Shown in pieces: positions 1-8,619 of a stretch of 15,136 bases of DNA. The DNA is from Gemmatimonadota bacterium (GTDB lineage Bacteria; Gemmatimonadota; Gemmatimonadetes; Gemmatimonadales; GWC2-71-9): assembly GCA_039591655.1 (NCBI GenBank), contig JBDHDE010000059.1, positions 1 to 15,136 of the forward strand. Direction: 5' to 3'. The position numbers and the translations under genes were made by a program. The notes under the pieces were generated by a model. That model made no database searches, was not told where the DNA came from, and worked only from the letters and a program-made list of their open reading frames with translations. Each line of letters opens with the position of its first letter. The first letter of the stretch is position 1.

Positions 1-1242
1 GTTCGGCAGGTCGATGCCGGAGCGCTCACGGAATCCCAGGGTGGCGGCGCCCTGCAGCAGGTTGTCGAGACCCAGCTTCAATCCCAGCTGATAGAAGTAG
101 ACGTCGCAGGAGTGCTGGATTGCTTCGAACAACGTGAGGGCGCCGTGTCCCTGGGAGCGCCAGCACCGGAAGTAGCGGTTGTAGTAGCGCATGCCTCCCG
201 AGCACGGCAGTCCCATGTAGGATTCCATGGTCACGAAGCCGCCCTCCAGCGCCATAGCCGCGACCGCGAGCTTCCAGGGCGAGGCGGGCGCGTAGCGCCC
301 CTGGATGGCACGGTTGAAGAACGGGAAATCCTCCGACTGCGACAGCTCACGCCACTGCGTTGGATCGTACCCGCCGATGAACGCATTGGGGTCGTAGCTC
401 GGCGCGGAGTAGAGCGCTAACACCGCTCCGGATCGCGGGTCGAGAGCTACCACCGCGCCGCGCCGATCCGCGGGGAAGCGCTCGGCGATGTAGCGCTGCA
501 GCTCGATGTCGATGGTGGTGGGCACCGTTGCCCCGGGCTCCGGCTCCAGCGTCGGCACCTCTTGCGCTACCCGCACCGTGCGGCCCAGCGCATCGACCTC
601 CACGAACTCCACCCCGTCCTCGCCTCGCAGAGCACGGTCGTAGCCCTGCTCCAGTCCCCCACGGCCTACCAGGGTCCCGTGGCGGGCACCCGGGAATTCC
701 TCCCCCCGCAACTCGTCTTCCGTGATCTCCGAAACGTAGCCGACCACATGGGCGGTGATCTCACCGAGGGGGTAGCGGCGCTTGGGATCGCTCCGGATCA
801 CGAGCCCGGGATTCCACGGACGCTGCTCCTCCAGAGCGGAAACCACCTCGAAGGTGGCGTCGCGCAGGATCACCACCGGCTCCGTCGGCGCGCCGCGGTA
901 GCGCCGCAGCAGCGTGGCGCTGCGGGCCGAGTCCATGGGAACGAGGGAGGCAACGCGCCCTAGGGCCGCCTCGAACGCCTCCTCCGAATGGGCGAGCAGC
1001 GCCACGGAGTAGCCGGGCACGTTTTCGGCCAGCACTACACCGTTGCGATCCGTCAGCAGCCCCCTGGGTGCCGGCAAAGGCACGGGGCGGAGCCTATTCT
1101 CCTCCGACTGGAGCTGATAGCGGCCGGACGCCAGGATTTGCACCCGGAAGAACGCCAACGCCAGCACGCCGAACAGCACCAACGTCACGGACCGCGCCGA
1201 GCGCGCCCGCCGCGCCACATCATGGGGGTGGAGCCAGCTCAT
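1..1242 (-). CDS. mrdA: Penicillin-binding protein 2 (elongasome transpeptidase), partial: 3' end runs off the window
   Basis: Not in the ORF track (no stop in window). Manual translation from ATG at 1242 (ATGA overlap with the mreD stop) gives MSWLHPHDVARRARSARSVTLVLFGVLALAFFRVQIL (N-terminal TM), PAPRGLLTDRNGVVLAEN, NRAIQGRYAPASPWK (SxxK) and EAIQHSCDVYFY (SxD typical of PBP2). Follows mreBCD. Confidence 0.95.
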   Translation of the reverse strand, partial: MSWLHPHDVARRARSARSVTLVLFGVLALAFFRVQILASGRYQLQSEENRLRPVPLPAPRGLLTDRNGVVLAENVPGYSVALLAHSEEAFEAALGRVASLVPMDSARSATLLRRYRGAPTEPVVILRDATFEVVSALEEQRPWNPGLVIRSDPKRRYPLGEITAHVVGYVSEITEDELRGEEFPGARHGTLVGRGGLEQGYDRALRGEDGVEFVEVDALGRTVRVAQEVPTLEPEPGATVPTTIDIELQRYIAERFPADRRGAVVALDPRSGAVLALYSAPSYDPNAFIGGYDPTQWRELSQSEDFPFFNRAIQGRYAPASPWKLAVAAMALEGGFVTMESYMGLPCSGGMRYYNRYFRCWRSQGHGALTLFEAIQHSCDVYFYQLGLKLGLDNLLQGAATLGFRERSGIDLPN

Positions 1243-1733
1243 CTCGTCGCTCTCGTCTCGAGCCACCGGCCGAACACAACGAGCACGATCAGACCGACGA
1301 CGGCCGTGGCGAGGGCCTTGATCGGGGACCAGAATAGCAACTGCCACAGCATCGCGGAGCCGTCCATGTGGCGTCCGGCGACGAGCACCAGGAGATCGCG
1401 GATCCACGTGCCGACGAAGAAGAACCCGGCGTTGACCACGAGGTTCTCGGCGAAGAACACCGCCTTCCCCCAGGCCGCGAGATAGCCCACCAGCGTGTGC
1501 GCCAGCGCCCCGGCGCCGAATGCCACCGGGGTAAGCGAATCCACCACGAGCCCCACGCTGAACCCGGCCGCCGTCGCGTGCCCCGGCCGGACCCGCATTG
1601 CGAACACGATGAGGGCCAGGAGGAGCAGGTCCGGCGCCGCACGGAAATCCCCCAGGAACGGCCGCAGCGCGAAATGCAGCACCACGAGCAGGAGGAGCAC
1701 AGCGGCAAGCCGAGACCGCTCGCCCGCGGTCAT
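1239..1733 (-). CDS. mreD: Rod shape-determining protein MreD
   Basis: Hydrophobic multi-TM 164-aa protein (MTAGERSRLAAVLLLL...APDLLLLALIVFA...GFSVGLVVDSL) between mreC and mrdA. Start moved from the track's 1847 to ATG 1733, which overlaps the mreC stop (ATGA). Confidence 0.88.
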   Translation of the reverse strand: MTAGERSRLAAVLLLLVVLHFALRPFLGDFRAAPDLLLLALIVFAMRVRPGHATAAGFSVGLVVDSLTPVAFGAGALAHTLVGYLAAWGKAVFFAENLVVNAGFFFVGTWIRDLLVLVAGRHMDGSAMLWQLLFWSPIKALATAVVGLIVLVVFGRWLETRATR

Positions 1734-2578
1734 TGGGCGGGCTCCGGGAAGGAATCGCGCAGATCCGGCGCCACCCCCGTGAGCACCACGACGTGGGAGA
1801 CCCCGGCCGGATGCACAGCTGGACGGACCACGTAGGTCCGTGACCACCCCTCCCGCTCCTCGGCGATGGCTACGATCTCCCCGACGGGGATTCCCCGCGG
1901 GTACACGCCGCCGGCGCCGCCGAGGCCGGAGGTATAGATCCTGGTTCCCGGCTCCAGGCGCTCCCCATAGGGCACGCCGCGGAGCTCCAGCAGCATGGAG
2001 TTGGGACCCTCGGCGCCCCTGGGTGCCACGATCCCGAAGATCGAGCCGTCCTCCGTCATGGCGCTGACGCGAAAGTCGGGATGCGTCACCATGAGACCCA
2101 CCGACGTCCTGGCGGAGACCCTCTGGACCACCCCGACGATCCCGCCGGGGGCGATGACGGGCGCTCGAGCGGTCACGCCGGCATCGCGACCTGCCGACAG
2201 CACCATGACCAGGCCACTGACCGGCGACGCCTGGCGCAGCACCTCCGCCGGGATGTGGCTTGTCGGCAACCGCGCCGAGAGAGCCAGCAGGTCGCGCAGC
2301 CTGGCATTCTCGTCTTCCAGGGCGCGCGCCCTGAAGGCGGTCACCAGCGCCGAGTCACGGGACAGCACCACCTGCTGGTAGCGCTGCCGCGCCCCGCCGA
2401 GCTCTTCCGCCCTGGTCTGCAGGGCGAGGAACGGGGCCAACACGGTGGAGGACACGGCCTGGGCGACCGATCCCTGCACGGCAGGCGGTGCCACCCGTGC
2501 GGCAACGGACAGCAGCAGACAGACGATGAAGGCGAGGGTGTCGCGGCGTGTCGAGTAGCGATCCGGCCCGGAGCTCAC
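1730..2578 (-). CDS. mreC: Rod shape-determining protein MreC
   Basis: N-terminal TM, coiled coil ending LEDENARLRDLL, then G..GV....PVIAPGGIVGVV and the IYTSGLGG..GVYPRGIPVGEI motif. Directly downstream of mreB. GTG start. Confidence 0.93.
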   Translation of the reverse strand: MSSGPDRYSTRRDTLAFIVCLLLSVAARVAPPAVQGSVAQAVSSTVLAPFLALQTRAEELGGARQRYQQVVLSRDSALVTAFRARALEDENARLRDLLALSARLPTSHIPAEVLRQASPVSGLVMVLSAGRDAGVTARAPVIAPGGIVGVVQRVSARTSVGLMVTHPDFRVSAMTEDGSIFGIVAPRGAEGPNSMLLELRGVPYGERLEPGTRIYTSGLGGAGGVYPRGIPVGEIVAIAEEREGWSRTYVVRPAVHPAGVSHVVVLTGVAPDLRDSFPEPAQ

Positions 2579-2584
2579 GGCACG

Positions 2585-3622
2585 CTACGTCGTGAGCACG
2601 GAGCGATACTTCTCCGGATCCTCCAGGATCCGGCCAGTCCCCCGCACTACACAGGTGAGGGGATCCTCGTCGACCCGGACGGGGAGTCCGGTCTCCTGGG
2701 ACAGGGCGACGTCGATCCCCCGGATCAGTGATCCGCCCCCCGCCATCACGATGCCCCGATCGACGATGTCGCTGGCGAGCTCCGGGGGCGTGATCTCGAG
2801 CGACCGCCGCACCGCGTCGATGATCTGCTGGATCGGCTCCTGCATGGCCTCACGGATCTCGCTGGCATGCACACGCACGACCTTCGGGATCCCGGAGACG
2901 AGATCGCGCCCCTTCGCCTCCATCTCCTTCTCGTCGGTCACGGGCACGGCGCTGCCGATCTGGATCTTGATGGCTTCGGCGGTGGGCTCGCCGATCAGGA
3001 GGTTGTAGTTCTTCCGCATGAACTGGACGATGGCCTGATCCATCTCGTCACCGCCGGTGCGGATCGACGTGTCGCTCACGATGCCGGATAGCGCGATGAC
3101 GGCGATCTCCGTGGTGCCGCCGCCGATGTCGATGGCCATGTTCCCGGTGGGGGTCTCCACCGGCAGCCCGACACCGATGGCTGCGGCCATCGGTTCGGCG
3201 ACCATGTACACTTCCTTGGCGCCGGCGGAGTGGGCGCTGTCCCGCACGGCCCGCCGCTCCACCTCCGTGATCCCGCTGGGGACGCACACCACGACCAGCG
3301 GCTTCACGCGGAAGAAGTGCTTCTGGATGATCGTCGAGAGGAAGTACCGCAGCATCTTCTCGGTGACATCGAAGTCGGCGATCACCCCGTCCTTGAGCGG
3401 TCGCACCGCCACGATGCCCTCGGGCGTGCGACCCAGCATGCGCTTCGCCTCGAGCCCGATCCCGGTCACCTTGCCGGTCGCTTTCTCGACTGCGACGACC
3501 GAGGGCTCGTTGAGCACGATCCCCTCGCCCCGCACGTAGATCAGGGAGTTCGAGGTGCCGAGATCCACCGCGATCTCGTTGGCAGGCAACAGGTTGCCTA
3601 AGCGAAGCTTGCCCCAGCGCAT
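2585..3622 (-). CDS. mreB: Rod shape-determining actin-like ATPase MreB
   Basis: IAVDLGTSNSL, VLNEPSVVA, RPLKDGVIADF, EPMAAAIG, DIGGGTTE, ITPPELASDIVDRGIVMAGGGSL motifs. Short N-terminal amphipathic segment. Confidence 0.98.
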   Translation of the reverse strand: MRWGKLRLGNLLPANEIAVDLGTSNSLIYVRGEGIVLNEPSVVAVEKATGKVTGIGLEAKRMLGRTPEGIVAVRPLKDGVIADFDVTEKMLRYFLSTIIQKHFFRVKPLVVVCVPSGITEVERRAVRDSAHSAGAKEVYMVAEPMAAAIGVGLPVETPTGNMAIDIGGGTTEIAVIALSGIVSDTSIRTGGDEMDQAIVQFMRKNYNLLIGEPTAEAIKIQIGSAVPVTDEKEMEAKGRDLVSGIPKVVRVHASEIREAMQEPIQQIIDAVRRSLEITPPELASDIVDRGIVMAGGGSLIRGIDVALSQETGLPVRVDEDPLTCVVRGTGRILEDPEKYRSVLTT

Positions 3623-3691
3623 CGGTCTCGTCGTTGGGTGATGGAAGAAGAGGGCGCAGCGCCGCGCGCCCCCGTGGCTCCAAGGCGCCCT

Positions 3692-3720
3692 AACATAATG
3701 GTCGCCCTAAGTTATGACAA
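3692..3720 (-). promoter_or_regulatory. Putative sigma70-type promoter for the mreBCD-mrdA operon
   Basis: Minus strand TTGTCA (3720-3715), 17-nt spacer, TATGTT (3697-3692), in an AT-rich patch about 70 nt upstream of the mreB ATG. Confidence 0.6.
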
Positions 3721-3738
3721 GTTGGGCACTTACCACGC

Positions 3739-3762
3739 GGCCCCGGCCCCGGCCCCGGCCCC
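3739..3762. repeat. Perfect hexanucleotide tandem repeat (GGCCCC)4; (GGGGCC)4 on the minus strand
   Basis: Directly visible: ggcccc ggcccc ggcccc ggcccc at 3739-3762, 6 nt past the ald stop codon. Confidence 0.9.
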
Positions 3763-3768
3763 ACCCGC

Positions 3769-4881
3769 TCAGACGAGCTTGGCGGGGTCGTGCAGCTTCA
3801 GCCCGAACGCCTCGGCGACTCCCGGATAGACCACCTTCCCCTCGATGATGTTGAGTCCGAGAAACAGCGAGCGGTCGGCTTTGCAGGCCGCCCGCCAGCC
3901 CTCCGCGGCCAGGTGCATCGCGTAGGGGAACGTGGCATTGGTGAGCGCCAACGTGGATGTCCGCGGCACCCCGCCCGGCATGTTCGCCACCGCGTAGTGC
4001 ACGACGTCGTCCACGATGTAGGTGGGCTGCTCGTGCGTTGTGGGCTCGATGGTCTCGACGCAGCCGCCCTGGTCAACCGCCACATCCACTATGACCGCGC
4101 CTGCTTTCATCCCCTTGAGATCCTGGCGCGTCACCAAGTTTGGCGCCTTGGCCCCCGGCAGGAGCACCGCACCCACCAGGAGATCGGCCCTGGCCACGGC
4201 CTCCAGGATGTTGTGACGGTTCGAGTAGACCAGGTCCACGTTCGCAGGCATCACATCGGAGAGATAGCGCAGTCGCTCCAGCGACAAGTCGAGAATCGTC
4301 ACATGCGCGCCCATCCCGGCCGCCATCTTGGCCGCGTTGGTGCCCACCACACCGCCGCCCAGGATCACGGCTTCGGCCGGCAGCACTCCCGGCACCCCGC
4401 CCAGCAGCATGCCCCTCCCCCCGTAGAAGCGCTCCAGGTACTTGGCACCTTCCTGAATCGCCATGCGGCCCGCCACTTCGCTCATCGGCGTCAGCAGGGG
4501 CAGCTCGCCCGAATCCAGCTGGACCGTCTCGTACGCGATGGCGATGGCGTCCGTGTCCATCACCGCGCGGGTGAGCTCCTCGCTGGCAGCAAAGTGGTAG
4601 TACGTGAACACCACCTGCCCCTTCCGCATCCGCGGCCACTCGGGCTCGATGGGCTCCTTCACCTTCACGATCATGTCGGCCTTCGCCCACACGTCGTTCA
4701 CGTCGGGAACGATGCTCGCTCCGACCGCTTCGAAGAGGTCGTCTGCGAATCCACTCCCCACCCCCGCTCCCCGCTCGATCAACACGGTGTGACCCTGCGC
4801 CACCAGCGCCTCCGCTCCCGCAGGCACCAGGGCGATGCGGTTCTCGGCGGTCTTGATCTCCTTCGGCACACCAATGATCAT
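3769..4881 (-). CDS. ald: Alanine dehydrogenase
   Basis: [49 protein letters not shown]-binding loop, [28 protein letters not shown]. Start moved to ATG 4881 (GAGAGG RBS upstream), 370 aa. Confidence 0.96.
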   Translation of the reverse strand: MIIGVPKEIKTAENRIALVPAGAEALVAQGHTVLIERGAGVGSGFADDLFEAVGASIVPDVNDVWAKADMIVKVKEPIEPEWPRMRKGQVVFTYYHFAASEELTRAVMDTDAIAIAYETVQLDSGELPLLTPMSEVAGRMAIQEGAKYLERFYGGRGMLLGGVPGVLPAEAVILGGGVVGTNAAKMAAGMGAHVTILDLSLERLRYLSDVMPANVDLVYSNRHNILEAVARADLLVGAVLLPGAKAPNLVTRQDLKGMKAGAVIVDVAVDQGGCVETIEPTTHEQPTYIVDDVVHYAVANMPGGVPRTSTLALTNATFPYAMHLAAEGWRAACKADRSLFLGLNIIEGKVVYPGVAEAFGLKLHDPAKLV

Positions 4882-4909
4882 CGCAAACCTCTCGCTTGCG
4901 AGCCGGGGC

Positions 4910-6160
4910 TCAGTTGGGCCCCAGCCAGACAACGGTTTGCCGCGCCGGGTCCAGGAACTCCGCGGCGACCGCTCCCACCTCCTCGGCGCGGATGGCGTCG
5001 ATCTCGGCCAGCACCTGGTCGATCGTGCGGTAGGGCTCCCCGTACAGCTCGACCGTGGCCAACCGGTACATGCGCGTGGTCGGGCTTTCCAACGATAGCG
5101 TGACCTGCCCCTTCACTTGCTGCTTAGCCTCCGCCAACGCGCTCCCCGACAGCCCCTCGGCCGCCAGGGATTTCAGCTCGCCCAGGATCACGTCCACCGC
5201 CTGGTCGGCTGTTGAAGGATGGGTCCCAACGTATATGCCCGCTACCCCCGTCTCGTGATAGAACGACTGATACGTGCTGACGGCATACGCGAGCCCCAGC
5301 TCCTCGCGCACCCGCTGAAACAGCCGCGACGACATACCCCCGCCGAGCACCGTGCTGAGCAAAAGCAGCGGCTCGCGACGCTCGTCCCGATGGGGGAAGG
5401 TATCGGTGCCCACCACGACGTGGGTCTGGGCCGTGTCCCGAGCCACGCGGCGCGTCGTCCGCGCCGCCGGTGGCACCGGCGGGACACCCGGGGTATCGGG
5501 TCCGGCCTCGTACGTGAACCAGCCGCACTTGGCCACGAGCTTTAGCAGGAGGTCGTGGTTCAGGTTGCCGGCTGCCGTGATCACCACGTGGCGGGGGTGA
5601 TACGCGCGGTGGTGCAGCGCCCGCAGGTCATCGGCGCTCAGCTTGGAGACCGTGTCTCGAGTCCCGAGGATTGAGTATCCGTACGGGTGGTCCGGCCACA
5701 GCGCCTGTGAGTGGAGCTCGAACACGAGGTCGTCCGGCGTGTCCTCCACGGTGGAGATCTCTTCCAGCACCACTTTGCGCTCGAGCTCAAGGTCCGTGGC
5801 GCGCAGCACCGGGTTGCGCACCAGGTCGGTGAGCACGTCCAACGCGCGCGGCAGATCTTCGTCGAGGACACGGGCTTGGTAGGAGGTGTATTCGCGGGAT
5901 GTGAAGGCGTCGAGCGCCCCGCCACGCACCTCTAGCTCGAGGGCGATGTCCCGGGCGGAGCGACGCTCGGTGCCCTTGAACACCATGTGCTCGAGCAAGT
6001 GGGAGAGTCCCATTTGTCCGGCGTCTTCGTGGACGGACGCCGTCCGCACCCAGATCCCAATCGCTACCGAGCGGACACCCGGCAGCACCTCCGATAGGAC
6101 CGTGACTCCGTTGTCGCCGCTGGTGCGATACAACCGCTCGTCAAGCTTGACGGTCTGCAT
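4910..6160 (-). CDS. M16 family (pitrilysin/M16B-type) zinc metallopeptidase
   Basis: Inverted zinc motif HLLEH (GLSHLLEHMVFKGT), ERKVVLEEI and C-terminal LGGGMSSRLFQRVREELGLAY. Position right after pnp is a common arrangement. Confidence 0.93.
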   Translation of the reverse strand: MQTVKLDERLYRTSGDNGVTVLSEVLPGVRSVAIGIWVRTASVHEDAGQMGLSHLLEHMVFKGTERRSARDIALELEVRGGALDAFTSREYTSYQARVLDEDLPRALDVLTDLVRNPVLRATDLELERKVVLEEISTVEDTPDDLVFELHSQALWPDHPYGYSILGTRDTVSKLSADDLRALHHRAYHPRHVVITAAGNLNHDLLLKLVAKCGWFTYEAGPDTPGVPPVPPAARTTRRVARDTAQTHVVVGTDTFPHRDERREPLLLLSTVLGGGMSSRLFQRVREELGLAYAVSTYQSFYHETGVAGIYVGTHPSTADQAVDVILGELKSLAAEGLSGSALAEAKQQVKGQVTLSLESPTTRMYRLATVELYGEPYRTIDQVLAEIDAIRAEEVGAVAAEFLDPARQTVVWLGPN

Positions 6161-6168
6161 CGCCCCGC

Positions 6169-8271
6169 TCAGGGTGCTGACTTGACCGGCTTCTCTTTCT
6201 CCATCAGCGCCTTGCGTGAGAGGCGCATCTTCCCGCGGTCGTCGATCTCCAGCAGCTTCACACGCACCACGTCTCCCTTCCGCACCACGTCCTCCGTCTT
6301 CTCCGTGCGCTTGTGCTGCAGCTCGGAGATGTGGAGCAGTCCCTCCTTGCCCGGCAGGATCTCCACGAACGCCCCGAACGCCGTCGTGCTCTTGACGGTG
6401 CCCTCGTACACGGTGCCCACCTCCGGCTCCTTGACGATCGCCTCGATCATCTCGCGAGCGCGCTCGCCCGCGTCTCCGTCGACCGAGGAGACCGTCACGA
6501 GCCCCGAGTCGTCCACATTGACCTCGGCACCCGTCTCGTCCTGGATCCCGCGGATGATCTTCCCCTTGGGACCGATGATGTCGCCGATCTTCTCGGGATC
6601 GATCTGGATCGTGATGATCCGCGGCGCGTACTTGGAGAGCTCCGTCCGCGGCTGATCGAGCGTCTGGGCCATGACGTCCAATATGTGAAGCCGCGCGTCC
6701 CGCGCCTGCTGCAGGGCCTGCCGCAGGATGTCCCCGCTCAGCCCCGCGATCTTGATGTCCATCTGGATCGCCGTCACACCATCCCGCGTCCCGGCGATCT
6801 TGAAGTCCATGTCGCCCAGGTAGTCTTCCGCTCCCAGGATGTCCGTCAGGACCGCGACACGATCATCGTCCTTGATGAGACCCATGGCCACTCCCGCGCA
6901 CGCCGCCTTCAGCGGCACACCGGCATCCATCAGCGCCAGCGAGCCACCGCAGACCGTCGCCATGGAGGAGGAGCCGTTGGACTCCAAGATGTCCGACACC
7001 AGCCGGATCGTGTATGGGAACTCATCGTACGGCGGCAGCAGGGCCTGCAGCGACCGCTCCGCCAGGTGGCCATGGCCGATCTCACGCCGGGACACCCCCC
7101 GCACCGGCCGCACTTCCCCCACCGAGAACGGCGGGAAGTTGTAGTGCAGCATGAAGCTCTTGGTGGTCTCCTGCGGCACGTCGATGTTGTCGATCCGCTG
7201 CTCGTCGGAGACCGTGCCCAGGGTGGTGCTCACCAGACCCTGCGTCTGTCCCCGTGTGAACAGGGCGGACCCGTGCGCCCGCGGCAGGAGGCCGACGTCG
7301 CAGGTGATCGGACGCACCGTGTCGAGATCCCGGCCGTCGACCCGCTCACCCCGCTCCAGCACCTGCTGGCGCATAGTGGCCGCCTCGACGTCCTCCACCG
7401 CGCGCTTGATGTCCGACAGATTCTCCGGGAAGTCGCCGGCGAGCTGGTCGGCGACGTCGGACCGGATCGACGCGAGGGCCTGGACGCGCTCGGTCTTCTC
7501 GCGGAGGTTCAGCGCTTCCTCGATCCGCCCCTGCGCCTGCTCCCGAACCCGGCTCACAACCTCCGCCAGCGGCTCCCACTTGGTCCACTCCATCTTCGGC
7601 GTCCCGACCTGGTCGACGATCTCGCCCTGCATGGCCACGATGTCGGCCAGACCCGACTGGGCGAACGCCAGGGCGGCGGCGATCTCGTCCTCGGCGACTT
7701 CCACTGCCCCGCCCTCCACCATCACGATGGAGTCGGCGTGACCCGACGCCACCATGTCGAGGTCGCTGAACTCGAGCTGCTGAAACGTCGGATTGAGCAC
7801 CCACTCGCCCTCGACCCTCCCCACCCGCACGCCCGCGATCGGCCCGTCCCAAGGCACCTTGGAGAGCGACAGGGCCAGGGAGGCAGCCGTGATCCCCAGA
7901 ACGTCGGCGTCGTTCTCCTGATCCGCCGAGAGGACGTACACGAACACCTGGACCTCATTCTTGAAGCCCTTGGGGAACAACGGTCGCAGTGACCGGTCGA
8001 TGAGCCGTGCCGCCAGGATTTCCTCCTCCCCCGGACGTCCCTCGCGCTTGAAGAAGCCGCCGGGGATCTTGCCGGCGGCGTAGCTCTTCTCGCGGTATTC
8101 GACGGTGAGGGGGAAGAACGGGAGAGATGACTCGGAGTCGGCGACGGTGACCGCCGCCAGGACCATCGTTTCACCGTACTGTACGACGGCGCTTCCCGCC
8201 GCCTGCTTCGCTAGCCGCCCGGTCTCGACTCTCAGTTTCCGACCGGCGATCAGCCGTTCTACATGCTTCAC
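6169..8271 (-). CDS. pnp: Polyribonucleotide nucleotidyltransferase (PNPase)
   Basis: [63 protein letters not shown]-terminal KH and S1 domains. Start moved to GTG 8271 (AAGGA RBS upstream) from the track's 8349. Confidence 0.97.
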   Translation of the reverse strand: MKHVERLIAGRKLRVETGRLAKQAAGSAVVQYGETMVLAAVTVADSESSLPFFPLTVEYREKSYAAGKIPGGFFKREGRPGEEEILAARLIDRSLRPLFPKGFKNEVQVFVYVLSADQENDADVLGITAASLALSLSKVPWDGPIAGVRVGRVEGEWVLNPTFQQLEFSDLDMVASGHADSIVMVEGGAVEVAEDEIAAALAFAQSGLADIVAMQGEIVDQVGTPKMEWTKWEPLAEVVSRVREQAQGRIEEALNLREKTERVQALASIRSDVADQLAGDFPENLSDIKRAVEDVEAATMRQQVLERGERVDGRDLDTVRPITCDVGLLPRAHGSALFTRGQTQGLVSTTLGTVSDEQRIDNIDVPQETTKSFMLHYNFPPFSVGEVRPVRGVSRREIGHGHLAERSLQALLPPYDEFPYTIRLVSDILESNGSSSMATVCGGSLALMDAGVPLKAACAGVAMGLIKDDDRVAVLTDILGAEDYLGDMDFKIAGTRDGVTAIQMDIKIAGLSGDILRQALQQARDARLHILDVMAQTLDQPRTELSKYAPRIITIQIDPEKIGDIIGPKGKIIRGIQDETGAEVNVDDSGLVTVSSVDGDAGERAREMIEAIVKEPEVGTVYEGTVKSTTAFGAFVEILPGKEGLLHISELQHKRTEKTEDVVRKGDVVRVKLLEIDDRGKMRLSRKALMEKEKPVKSAP

Positions 8272-8358
8272 AATGCTATTCCTTCGCTGAGCACGTTCGC
8301 GAATGCACCGAGGCGTCCGAGGTGCTCGTCCCGGACGCCCGTTGCCCACGCCGAATGC

Positions 8359-8619
8359 CTAGTGACGGAGGCCTAGTTCCTCTATGAGTCGACGATAGCC
8401 GTCGAGGTCCGTACGCCTGAGGTAGTCTAGCAGGCGACGCCGCTTGCTCACCATCATCATCAGGCCCTGTCGGCCGTGGTGATCCCCCTGATGCGTGCGG
8501 AAGTGGTCCGTCAGCGTATTGATGCGCTCCGTCAACAGCGCGATCTGGACCCGGGTCGACCCGGTGTCCGTGTCGTGCATCTTGTGCTTCTGGACGACGG
8601 CTTGCTTGTCAAAGCTCAT
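8359..8619 (-). CDS. rpsO: 30S ribosomal protein S15
   Basis: 86 aa with [30 protein letters not shown] and LGLR motifs. GAGGA RBS. Canonical rpsO-pnp adjacency. Confidence 0.97.
   Translation of the reverse strand: MSFDKQAVVQKHKMHDTDTGSTRVQIALLTERINTLTDHFRTHQGDHHGRQGLMMMVSKRRRLLDYLRRTDLDGYRRLIEELGLRH

Noticed and set aside
271..282. PBP2 active-site motif SPWK instead of the common STFK
   Set aside because: Catalytic Ser and Lys are retained and the middle positions vary among class B PBPs. Not evidence of inactivation.
3691..3718. dif-like half-sites (minus strand CATAA...TTATGTTA) upstream of mreB
   Set aside because: The CATAA and TTATG cores are 13 nt apart rather than the 6 nt of XerC/D dif sites. 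Better explained by the promoter boxes.
3638..3829. 63-aa plus-strand ORF with an APAPAP repeat in the ald-mreB intergenic region
   Set aside because: The AP repeat is simply the translation of the GGCCCC DNA repeat. It overlaps the mreB promoter and ald 3' end and has no other support.
6313..7992. 559-aa plus-strand ORF antisense to pnp; likewise 3790-5103, 9822-11078 and 12664-13764
   Set aside because: Shadow ORFs expected opposite genes with high-GC codon usage. No recognisable domains, and they fully overlap well-supported genes.
8272..8349. 26-aa N-terminal extension of PNPase in the ORF track; similar extensions on ald (to 4932) and mreD (to 1847)
   Set aside because: Homology begins at the downstream starts, which have an RBS or coupled stop-start overlaps.
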